A stretch of 64,000 nt of DNA. Origin: Octopus vulgaris. Lineage: Eukaryota. Location: NCBI GenBank assembly GCA_951406725.2, contig OX597818.1, positions 116,870,001 through 116,934,000 on the forward strand, read 5' to 3'. This document shows, one piece after another, positions 42,845 through 54,793 of the stretch (within the stretch, counting starts at the first letter, position 1; each line of letters begins with the position of its first letter). The notes under the pieces are model-generated. The model was not told the DNA's origin, did no database searches, and was given only the letters and a program-made list of their open reading frames with translations. A program made the translations under genes and the position numbers.

Positions 42845-42848
<4 letters not shown>
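42442..42848 (+). mobile_element. (TA)n-flanked element related to the 497-bp HHR family, with a 32-bp inverted repeat and a variant HHR fold
   Basis: Inverted repeat at 42442-42473 and 42728-42759. HHR-like fold at 42581-42639. The 3' part is homologous to the reverse complement of 53764-53905. Confidence 0.7.
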
Positions 42849-42899
<51 letters not shown>

Positions 42900-42963
42900 C
42901 GCCATGATAGATCGCTAGCCACTACACATTCTATATTTTCTTTCCTGCTTTCTCTCTGTGTTC

Positions 42964-42999
42964 CTTCCTGTAGAAGAGCGTAGGCTCGAAACGTTAAAG
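42964..42999 (+). ncRNA. Minimal HHR-like motif, A6U variant
   Basis: cttc-CTGTAGA-a-GAGC-gtag-GCTC-GAAA-cg-TT-aaag, the same layout as 21665-21699. It lies in a short element that follows (TA)n. Confidence 0.55.
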
Positions 43000-43796
43000 A
43001 GCCTTTTAGACGATCCCCCAGCACTCCCGCAGTCTAACGACTGAAATAAGTGACATGTATATCTAGCATTCATAACTTGGCTCTACCTTATATAATATAT
43101 AACAGCATGTATCCAGATTAAATCATCATAATTTTTACTACCAAACTTGTAATTCTACAGTGAATAATTTTCAATTATATATTTCCATTCTATATTTCTG
43201 TTATTGCCTTGTGATTTACAATTACAGAAAATAAATAATAGGAATTTTTGTTTTAATTAAATTAATTATCGAAAAATGCTACCATTGAGTGCAACGCTAT
43301 TTGTTATAGATATTATCATGGAAGGAATACATCGAAATATTTATACAGTGATTCAATATAAACGTTCAGAGAAAATGCTGGAAGACATTTTTCGATTTCC
43401 ATAAAGAAATATTTATCTTTCCATTACAATTATCGTAAGATATTTTGAAGAATCTTCGTGGCATTAATTGTATAAGTTGTTCGGTACATAATTCGATTAA
43501 TTTTAAAAGTAATAGTTTCTACAGTAATTATTACTTATACTTAATAACAGTCAGTACTAACTTCATATACCTAAAAGAACATTTGCCTTCATATTTTTCA
43601 AACATAATGTTATGTTCCGTCTAATGATTTCAGAACTACTGCAATTTGTTGTATATGGTGGCTTACTTTGTCAAAGTCGACTTCAGGCTCGTTTAAGCGG
43701 TTACCTATAAGGTTTCCTCAGACCCACACAAACTTGGCACCTGCTTTACAATGTAGTGCAACAGTTGTCTCCCGTTCATAAGTAAATTTCACATAA

Positions 43797-44110
43797 CGGG
43801 CACTCCGTCAGTTACGACGACGAGTGTTCAAACTGATACGGTCAACGGAACAACCTAATCGTGAAATTAACGTGCGAATGATTGGTCACTCACTCTACAA
43901 ACACGGGTACTCTTAACGCAGTTACTTGAAAGGTTCTGCGTGACACAAAGTTTGGCTCTTTGAATTACACGTACTACTAAATATTTCCAGCGGAGTGGAC
44001 TAAAGCAGCGTGAAATAAACTCACTTGCTGAAGGATACAATGCGCCGCCAAGAATGGAACACACGACGGTACGGTCGTGAGGCGAATACAGTACCCACTA
44101 AGCCACGCCT
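43797..44110 (-). mobile_element. SINE family C/D
   Basis: Minus-strand head ggcgtggcttagtggg...gtgttccattc. The tail is shared with 10082 and 13930. Confidence 0.7.
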
Positions 44111-44157
44111 ATTTACACCGACTGTTCACATAGAGCAATATTACTAACGTTATTGAA

Positions 44158-44695
44158 GGCGGCGAGGTTGACTTTAACTTTCATCCTTTCGGGATCGATA
44201 AAATAAGTACCAGTTATGCACTGGGGTCTATGTAATCAACTTATTCCGTTTGTCTATCCTTGTTTGTCTCCTCTGTGTGTAGCCCCTTGTGGGGAGTAAA
44301 GAAATAAGAAAAGTTGGCACGCCGGACGAAATGCTTAGCCGTATTTCGCCTGTCGTTACGTTCTGAGTTCAAATTCCGCCGAGGTCGACTTTGCCTTTCA
44401 TCCTTTCGGTGTCGATTATATAAGTACCAGTTACGCACTGGGGTCGATGTAATTGACTTAATCCGTTTGTCTGTCGTTGTTTGTCCTCTCTGTGTTTAGC
44501 TCCTTGTGGGTAGTAATGAAATAGGCATTTCGTCTGTCCTTACCTTCTGAGTCCAAATTCCGCCGAGGTAGATTTTGCGTTTCATTCCTTCGGGTGAAGG
44601 GCCGATAAATTAAGCACCAGTTGCGTACTGAGGTCAATCTAATCGACTGGCCCCTTCCCCCAAAATTTCAGGTCTTGTGCCTAGAGTAGAAAAGA
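44158..44695 (+). mobile_element. SINE family A trimer with a probable TSD
   Basis: Three core units, flanked by attactaac(g/t)ttatt at about 44140 and 44696. Confidence 0.88.
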
Positions 44696-45726
44696 TTACT
44701 AACTTTATTTTCAGCAAATTTCTTGACATCCCCGGAATGTACGACGAAAAATCTGGCTTATTGTTTAATACCCTTTTGACAAATACTTAAGAACATAATA
44801 TTCTCTTTAACCTACATTTTAATAATAGTGTGTTATTTAGAGTGCACGGAAATCAGACGAACTTCTTTTGTTTGTTAACTCGGCTTTCTTTCTGTTGATT
44901 AATCCGTCACCATATTTTCAGTCAAATGGGATGTGGAAAAATACCTTACCGAAGAGAACCATGCTTACCTCACCTAAAATAACATACACATGATTCAAAA
45001 CGCAATTCCAGCATCGATCTGTGCACTTTATTGTTCTAAAATTAAATAAAGGAAACCTAAACCTGTGAATGCATGCATCCGTCCCTCTGTCCATCCGTCC
45101 ACCCGTCCATCCATCCATCCATCCATCCATCCATCCATCCATCCGTCCGTCCGTCCGTCCGTCCGTCTGTCCGTCGAACATTGATAAGAAGTTTGCAAAT
45201 CTAATAGTCAAGGTACACTTTCAGATTCATAACCATTATTATTCGAGGAAGAGGATACATAGCAATCCGTCTGGAACAAAGTATGGCTAAACTTGGTTTC
45301 TTGGGGAGAAACTGCAAACCCTTAATTCATAAGCTACAAAGTATCACGATATCTGGGACTACGAAAATCTGCATGATCTGAAGATTTAAAGGATAACGCG
45401 TAACTTATGATATTTTCCTTCACAACCTTGCAACAAACTCGGTGGCTGGTCAAAATTTACTCTAAATTATAAACAGAAAAGAAGCTATGCAAACAGGCAT
45501 GGAAACACATTCTTCTAAATACGGCTTTATTCTAAGTGCAGCCTTATTCGAATGGCACAATGCGCCGCCAAGAATAGAACTCACAACCGTATGATTGTTA
45601 GTCGGATACCGTTTGTTTATCTGTCGGGAAGATGTAGATGGCTGTAAACTCCTGCGGTACCGAAAATTACACAACCACCTATTTACAAAATACTACCCCA
45701 TATTTTGAATATCATAAATTCATAGT

Positions 45727-45855
45727 TTACATTATTTACATTTGACGGATATTTGTCCTCATCTTGTTTGTTGTTATCAACATTTCATCTGATATATCCC
45801 CCAGCCTTCATTAGGTACCTTGGGGAAATTTCGAACCTGGGTTTCCATTCCTAAG

Positions 45856-45900
<45 letters not shown>

Positions 45901-45968
45901 TCATTGCCTGCAATCGATCTCGGAATCTTGGGCTTAGTAGCCCGGACTCTTAACCACTACGCCATATA
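45727..45968 (-). mobile_element. tRNA-headed SINE-like element with an (AAT)n spacer and a degenerate HHR tail
   Basis: Minus strand: A box tggcgtagtgg, B-box-like gagatcgattgc, (aat)n, then ggtac-CTAATGA-aggctg...cagat-GAAA-tgtt. Homologous to 63111-63680. Confidence 0.75.
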
Positions 45969-46847
45969 CCCGTAGGCATATAGAACTGTATCATTAATTC
46001 ACTTGTGTATGGCAAGGCTCCATAGCGCAGGTAAAGAAAATAAATACAATTCTTTTTAATTGGTATGTAGTATGAAATGAAACACTGCCGAAATGATATT
46101 TTAATGGCGGTAAACATATATGCAAAGTATTGGTAAGTATTGGTGGTAGAAATGAAAGTAATATGCGATATTGGAAGTAGGGCGAGCTGGCAGAGTGGTT
46201 AGCACGCCGAGAGAAATTCTTAGCAATGTTAATAAAGTAAAATTACATTATTGACATTGTTGTACAAATCACGCACTGGTGAGGAATGGAGTGTATAATT
46301 GGGAATAGAAAAATGGAACTTAACGCTACCTTGAACTTCATTATTACAAATAGGAGAGAATGGGTTATGTTCCTAAACAAGTTTTACTGCTGAGAGTGTT
46401 TGCTATTTTAAAGGTAAATATACGTTCAGTTTTAAAGCGCGGGTCACCGAGTGAACTTCAAGCAAATTCCAATATCTGAACACAAAAAAATACTAGAAAT
46501 AGGTAACTTAATGAAATATTTGAGATAATTAAATATGTAATAACAATTCCTGCAGATTAACTCCAATATCTCAACATCCTTTCTACTAGGCCTAAAATTT
46601 GTGGGAGGGGTAAGTCATTTATATCGACCCCAGTACTCAATTGGTACTGAATTTATAGATCCCGAATGGAGGAAAGGCAAAGTCGACCTCGGTGGAATTT
46701 GAACTCAGAACGTAGCGTCAGACGAAATACCAATTTCTTTATTGCCCACCATCTAATGAACTGGGTGAAGCTGGAAACGGAAGATCCTTACTGACATCCG
46801 CTAACTCCCCTAGTTGGTCGACACAGTAGTGTTTCCTTGCAGATACT

Positions 46848-47002
46848 CGGCGCAGGCGTGGCTATGGGATAAGACGTCTGCTTCCCAGCCACGAGGTTTT
46901 CGGGTTCAGTCCCGCTGCGTGGCAACTTGGGCAAGACTCTTTGACTATATCCCTGGGCCGACCAAAGCTCTGAGAGTGTATTTGGTAGACGGGAACCGAA
47001 AG

Positions 47003-47075
<73 letters not shown>

Positions 47076-47290
47076 TGTGGGTGTGTGTGTGTGTGTAATT
47101 TGCCTCTGCGTTTTATCCACACCACTGATTGGTTCTGTTTACGCTCCCATAACTTAGCGGTTCGATAAAAACAAAACGAACGAATAAGTAAAAGGTTTAT
47201 TATATAAATACTGGTGTCCTTTCATTCAACTAAACCCATTCTTCAAAGCAGTGCACCAGCATGGCCGCAGTCTAATAACAAAAATGTAAA
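46848..47290 (+). mobile_element. SINE family B, diverged
   Basis: Head ggcgcaggcgtggctatggg, internal (TG)n and family B tail. Confidence 0.85.
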
Positions 47291-47755
47291 AGGCTTAAAG
47301 TCTAAAAGTACCTGCATGTTCGGTGGTAAGTGTAACAGGACCAATACTTTCAAGAGAAATTCCTCTCAGGAATTATTTTCGACCATTTCCTTAGTACTTC
47401 ATAGTAGTTGTGAAAGTCTTTTATAGCCTCAAGTTTCACTGTTTCAAAATTTCACATAACACTTTAGATGAGAGCTGGAAGCGAGTTTTAATATCTCTAG
47501 TTTAATTTCCAGGTTGGAAATTATACCTGTAGGAGCTGTAATTAAGTCCTTTATTTCACCATTTAAGGGTGGCGGGAGAACGCTTATTGATAAATTGAGC
47601 TAGTGAGATTCTGGCAGTATTTTGTTAACGGAAAATTAAGCTTCCAACTGCAAGAGTCCAACTACATTATATCTAGTCCGAGGAGGTGATGTGTCGGAAA
47701 TGATACGACACGGAACTCGTGAGGTGAAAATGTATACCAAAATGCACACACACAA

Positions 47756-47817
<62 letters not shown>

Positions 47818-48100
47818 ACACACACGTCTTTAATCGTCATGTGTATCAGTCATTAGACTGCGGCCATACGTGGACGTAAACATAGGAACATTGGTTGTTG
47901 AGCTCTGGTAGGGGACAAATCTACTCACAAAAAAAACACACACACAGATACATATATATATATATATGTAGGTGAGAAAGTTGGTGTGTGAAAGCACGTG
48001 GTTGGATGTATATAAAATAGAAAAGAGTGTAAAAACTACCGAAGGCTTATTTTATAAGGTTAAAGAATATGTTTACGTCGTTATATATATATATATATAT

Positions 48101-48394
48101 TTCAACAATTGAGGGTAAAAATTAATTAATTAATCAATTTCACCAAGTGTTCAGTATGCAAAGGGACCATTTAAGGCGAATTCAAATTATTACATTATAT
48201 AAAAGGGCTTAGTAAAATAAATTACTTTGCCGCATACTGAACTCATTAGAAATAGCAGCTAAAAAAACTTTTTTAAAACTATTTCCAATACTTAAAGATT
48301 TTCTTTAAGTATTGGAAATAGTTTTAAAAAAGTTTTTTTAGCTGCTATTTCTAATGAGTTCAGTATGCGGCAAAGTAATTTATTTTACTAAGCC

Positions 48395-48404
<10 letters not shown>
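48101..48404. repeat. (TA)n-flanked element ending in a perfect palindrome with 103-bp arms
   Basis: 48196-48298 is the exact reverse complement of 48302-48404, with a 3-nt spacer. Confidence 0.93.
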
Positions 48405-48475
<71 letters not shown>

Positions 48476-49498
48476 GCCTAACGTAGGATAACATTTTTTC
48501 CGAAAAAAAAAAATTTATCAATGGCCAGCATATAAAAAATTACCTTTAAAGGTTAAATTTATAAATAAATATATAAATATTTATTTATATATGTATATGT
48601 ATATTCAACGGGCCCCTTTCAGCCTCCTACAATATTCCGTCACAAGGTTTTGGTCGGCCCCTGACTGCAGTAGAAGATACTTGCCTGTGATTCCACATAG
48701 TGGTACCAAACACAGGACCTTGAAGTTGGGGAGCAAACATTTTACCACAGGGTCACACCTACGCTCGTAAGGCCACACCTGCGATTCTCAATATATCAGA
48801 AATGAAACGACAGATTGACGCTTGTAGCTAATATGCCAATAACACCGTGGCTCTCAACTGGCGTCTATATTTGAAGTTGTTGTTGACAAACAACAGCAAC
48901 AATTTTATTCCGCTGAATACACGTCATTGATTAGTTGAAATTACCGAAATACGACAACTTTAACAAAAAATAACTTCCAAAAACAGAATTTTCTCAACAA
49001 CGCCAAGAGTAAAAGATGTTTTATGTGACACATTCGACTAGTATACGAAGTTTGAAAGTGTTTAGTTACAAAAAATTATTTCTAAAATCTGTCGGTTAAA
49101 CGATAAAGATTCCATACTAAAATTAAAATTTTATTCATTTTTAGCTCTCAGAATATTTGCATATATTTATTTGTACAACAGCTTTTTGAATGCAACATCT
49201 TGGAAGAGAGAATCGGTATGGTTGTTACAATCTTTATTTCATGAAATATAGTATTTATTTGCATGAAAAATGTTCTTAGTTTAAACACCTCATGATAGAA
49301 TTGATCATGATGCGTTTACGACGTTTTGTATTGGGCGAGAATAATTCTCTATTCCTATTTGCAGTGACTAGCGCTTAAATATTTATGAAGAATAATTCAA
49401 CATGTAAGTAATTTTTTCATTAGAATCAATCAAGGATTATTGTTTCTAATCTATCCGTCCGCGCATCCATCCATCTGCCCATACAACCATCTATCTAT

Positions 49499-49575
<77 letters not shown>

Positions 49576-49614
49576 AATATATATATCTATCTGTCTAATT
49601 ATCTATCTATCTAT

Positions 49615-49656
<42 letters not shown>

Positions 49657-50362
49657 GTGTGTATGTGTGTGCGCCTCCAGTGTTTAAAGTAAGAACGAGA
49701 TGGATGGATGGATACACTAAGTAGATAGATGCATAAATATATACATACACATATGTGTGTGTGTATATATCTGTGTATATATGCACACACACACACACAC
49801 ACACGCGCGCAACTGTTTCTAGCTGCATCTTGTGCGTGCATTTGTATACATGTGTCCACAGGTGCGTGTATTTGTTTTTACGCTTGTATTCTATTGTTAT
49901 TTCCAGCCTGTGGGTTCTGGTTTTGCTTATATATATTTTCTTTTCTCTCTTATCTTTGTATTGACGTCATGTCTCTATTCACAAACTAGTTATTTAGAAA
50001 GGTGTTTGCAAATACACAATCTCCATTATATTTTTCGCTTATTTAACGTTGATGTTTGCGCGAATTGTTTCGTCTTCGAAAACAGTTTTTCTGTAGACAG
50101 GAATTGTCACGTACTGGAGTTCTGTCTGTCTTTCATAACCAACTCATTTTTTTATAACAAGTAAACATCAAATCCACTTTTATTATTTATTAATTTTTTT
50201 CTATGACATACAAGTTGAACTAAAGGGGCATGTCAATTAAGAAGAGAATCGGAATGTGGAGTGAACCAGCTGACCTCGAACAAGGCCTCTATAATGAAAA
50301 ACAGAATTAAAAAGAATGAAAATTACTCATGTTTACGAGAGTCTCAACGAGGTATCGAGGAG

Positions 50363-50446
<84 letters not shown>

Positions 50447-50677
50447 CACACACATATATGTATACATACATGAGTATGTGAGTATGTGTGTGCGTGTCTA
50501 TGTGTGTGTGTATCTATACATATGTATATATAGATGTATCTATATATATATGCATATATGAATATATATATGTATATACATGTATGTATATATAAGTATA
50601 CATATATATAAGTATATACCTATATATGTATATATATGCTTATATATATGCATATATATATACATATTAAGCATATG

Positions 50678-50724
<47 letters not shown>

Positions 50725-51417
50725 TTATTTAAAATGAAGACTGACTGACTGCATAATAGTATGTAACATGACTGTTTGAGGCGTGTCTAAGAATTGTTAC
50801 CAGAGTAAATTTTATTATTCTCCAATGCACAATCAGTAATACCCAATCAGTCAGTCTGTCGATCCGTGTAAATGTTATGCACACACACACACGCACACAC
50901 AGAGGCGTGCACACATACGCACACAGACGCGCGCACACACACACACACTCACACACATATACACACGTAGGCAAAGTGCGTCAAATTGGTAGAATCCACA
51001 CAACGACCAATGAAATGCTTTGTGTTCTTTGTACGGTTCGCTGTACTTTTACGTGAAATTTTGCCTCGGCTATTTCACTCCCTTCTTGTTTTTCCTAAGC
51101 TGAAGAATAAATAACGTGTATAGTTTCGTGACTTGGGTGAGAATTAAAACTCTAACAAAATATAAGTATGCCATAAGGAAAAAAACCTTACAATAATAGC
51201 CATCACTAATATACTTTTAAATTCTTTCAATAACTACGGGGAATAACAAAGAACAGATTTCTGTCTTGTCATAACCTCATCAGAAAAGATTTCATTGTAC
51301 GTAGAAAATTAGTAAAGCCAACATCACTTATATATTGGAATTAATTATACGATGTGGAAATAAACTCTTTTATTTGGCTCACATTTTGTGTGCGAAGAGT
51401 AAATAAAATTTTGTATA

Positions 51418-51579
51418 GGCACAGGAGTGGCTGTGTGGTAAGTAGCTTGCTTCCCAACCACATGGTTCCGGGTTCAGTTCCACTGCGTGGTATCTTGGGC
51501 AAGTGTCTTCTACTATAGCCTCGAGCCGACCAAAGGCTTGTGAGTGGATTTGATTGACGGAAACTGAAAGACGCCCGTC

Positions 51580-51673
<94 letters not shown>

Positions 51674-51790
51674 GCATGTATGTATGTATGTATGTATGTG
51701 TGTGCGTGCGTGTGTATGTATGTGTTTCTGTCTGTGTTTGTCCCTCCCCCCCCCACCAAGGCTTGACAACCGATGCTGGTGTGTTTACAC
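51418..51790 (+). mobile_element. SINE family B, 3'-truncated
   Basis: Family B head and internal microsatellite. Confidence 0.9.
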
Positions 51791-52740
51791 AAATCATTTA
51801 ACTCAGAAATCATTTAAACTTCATAAACGTCATCCTGTCTTGAAATGATATTCAAGTTTTTTCCTGCTAAAAATAAAAGAGAACTTTGGCCTGTATACAG
51901 TTTCACAACTAACTAAAAAGTTTTATTCTTTTTGTCATATACGATGAAATATTGTGCATCGAATTTCACAAACTGTGTTTTAGTTGACATTTTTTTTCTC
52001 CTATAACAAACTAAATTATATTTTCTGCCATTTACTATTTTGTAAAAAAAACTCCTTCTATTTCTTGTATATTCTGTCGAGATGAACGTCGGGCCAGATA
52101 TAATCGATAGCAAGAGCAGCTAAAACAACAGCAATAATAAAAATATTTTTTTTTAATATAGACACAAGGCCAGTAATTTTGAGAGTGTGGAGGTGGAGAA
52201 CTCGATTATATCAACCTCAATACGTGACTGTTATCGATTATATCAACCTCGGTTTAATAGACACAAGGCCAACAATTTTGAGAGTAATGGGTGGAGAAAT
52301 TGATTATATCAACCACAATACTTGACTCTTACTAATTTTATCCCTCCAAAAGGATAAACTAACTTCGGCGGAAATTGAACTCAGAACATAAAGGACTAGC
52401 GGAAATGCCGCGAAACATTCTGTTCGTCACGCGAACGATTCTGCCAGTTCCCCGACTTAGCCTATTAACTTCCAAATTTTCTTATTCATAATTTTTGGTG
52501 TTTGCCAGGTGTCTTAGGAGCTATTTTGTGCATTATTTTGTAAATTATGATAAATTTTTCGAAAATTCCCGAAAATGGATATCGCTGAAAAACAGCATAT
52601 TTAACTTTTTTCCATTCAATTGCAATAATAAACATATTAAGTTTGTTAAAACTATAGTATCAAATGACAATGTGCATGAAATATCAATGCATGATATAGA
52701 TGGGAAATGCAGAAAAAAAAAACAAACAAAAAAAAACATT

Positions 52741-53162
52741 GGAGTGGCTGTGTGGTAAGTAGCTTGCTAACCAACCACATGGTTCCGGGTTCAGTCCCAC
52801 TGCGTGGCATCTTGGCCAAATGTCTTCTACTATAGCCTCGGGCCGACCAAAGCCTTGTAAGTGGATTTGGTTGACGGAAACTGAAAGAAGCCCGTCGTAT
52901 ATATGTATATACATATATATATATGTATGTATGTGTGTGTGTGTGTTTGTGTGTCTGTGTTTGTCCCTCTAGCATTGCTTAACAACCGATGCTGGTGTGT
53001 TTACGTCCCCGTCACCTAGCGGTTCGGCAAAAGAGACCGATAGAATAAGTACTGGGCTTACAAAAGAATAAGTCCCGGGTCGATTTGCCTGACTAAAGGC
53101 GGTGCTCCAGCATGGCCGCAGTCAAATGACTGAAACAAGTAAAAGAGTAAAAGAGTAAAAAG
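52741..53162 (+). mobile_element. SINE family B, near-consensus
   Basis: Head, internal (TA)/(TG) tract and (gtaaaaga)n tail. Confidence 0.93.
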
Positions 53163-53993
53163 TATTTTCATAACAGTCGTTATTTTTGTGGTTCAAAAAT
53201 TACGGTCTATGACTTCAACCAGTGTTCAGCTGGTACTTAATTTATCGACGAACTATATACCTGTCTGGCTGTTGAACTGTCTGTACCTATCTATTTACCT
53301 GTGTCTATGTTAATGGGTCCACCTACTTATTTATAAGAATGCCTGTCGAATGCTATAATTCTTTCTGTCCATGTTTTATATCTATCGACTTATCTAACCA
53401 TAATCTTGTATTCTTTTACTTGTTACAATCATTTGTAAGCCTCGTACTTATTTTATCGGTCTCTTTCGCCGACCATGCTAGCTTACAGGAACAAACACAC
53501 TAGCATCGGTTGTCAAACGATAGCGTCGGAGATAAACACGCACAAACACATACATACAACAAACTCAAGAAATATAAGAGAAAAACATAACATTACAAGC
53601 TCGATAGCGAACCGTAGAATTCGTCGTAGCATGTACGAATGTTTATCTTTACATATCTATGAAAATGGCGAGCTTATTCGCAATACATTTCGGTAACAAA
53701 TTGTCTAGTCGGAATAAAAATTCAGTATTGAACTATTCCGGTGAAAAATATAAATTAACAATTGAGGATAAAATCTTTAAAAGAAATTATCAGTAGTCAG
53801 CGTGAAAAACCTCGTAAGAGAAAAATCCGTAAATTCTTCCTCTTTGAAAATATTCATTTATATTATATTGAGGGTACTACTATTCGTAGATACCAACACG
53901 CTAAGAGGGACCAATGCGGTCAAAACTACTAAAAATAAACAAAATTTTACCGAATGCAAAACTTCAAAACACATCATTTTAAAAAAGAATTCA

Positions 53994-54057
53994 GTTACAT
54001 ATCACATGTGATTTCGCATTTAATGCAGAATATGCATTTCATGTTCATCAGTGCAAC
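53994..54057 (-). ncRNA. Type I hammerhead ribozyme
   Basis: Minus strand: GTTGCA-CTGATGA-aCAT-ga-AATGCA-tattc-TGCATT-aa-ATGc-GAAA-TCACATGTGA-TA-TGTAAC. Confidence 0.82.
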
Positions 54058-54437
54058 AAACTCAAGAAATATAAGAGAAAAACATAACATTACAAGCTCG
54101 ATAGCCAACCGTAGAATTCGTCGTAGCATGTACGAATGTTTATCTTTACATATCTATGAAAATGGCGGGCTTATTCGCAATGCATTTCGGTAACAAATTG
54201 TCTAGTCGGAATAAAAATTCAGTATTGAACTATTCCGGTGAAAAATATATATTAACAATTGAGGATAAAATCTTTAAAAGAAATTATCAGTAGTCAATTT
54301 GTTACCGAAATGCATTGCAAATAAGCCCGCCATTTTCATAGATATGTAAAGATAAACATTCGTACATGCTACGACGAATTCTACGGTTGGCTATCGAGCT
54401 TGTAATGTTATGTTTTTCTCTTATATTTCTTGAGTTT

Positions 54438-54501
54438 GTTGTACTGATGAACATGAAATGCATATTCTGCATTAAATGCGAAATCACATGTGATATGTAA
54501 C
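54438..54501 (+). ncRNA. Type I hammerhead ribozyme in the inverted copy
   Basis: GTTGTA-CTGATGA (54444-54450)-stem II-GAAA (54480-54483)-TCACATGTGA-TA-TGTAAC. Confidence 0.8.
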
Positions 54502-54737
54502 TGAATTCTTTTTTAAAATGATGTGTTTTGAAGTTTTGCATTCGGTAAAATTTTGTTTATTTTTCGTAGTTTTGACCGCATTGGTCCCTCTTAGCGTGTT
54601 GGTATCTACGAATAGTAGTACCCTCAATATAATATAAATGAATATTTTCAAAGAGGAAGAAGTTACGGATTTTTTCTCTTACGAGGTTTTTCACGCTGAC
54701 TACTGATAATTTCTTTTAAAGATTTTATCCTTAATTG

Positions 54738-54793
<56 letters not shown>

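Larger units (their letters stand above)
53555..54746. mobile_element. Second retrozyme-like element: about 1.5 direct units of 497 bp (53555-54296) plus an inverted 0.9 unit (54295-54746)
   Basis: caacaaactcaag recurs at 53557 and 54054. 54295-54746 is a reverse-complement copy. The element is inserted in the microsatellite of a minus-strand family B SINE (halves at about 53408-53554 and 54790-54953). Confidence 0.9.

Noticed and set aside
53475-54541. Three ORFs sharing NSRNIREKHNITSSIANRRIRRSMYECLSLHIYENG
   Set aside because: They are copies of the 497-bp non-coding repeat, antisense to its HHR, with no recognisable domain.
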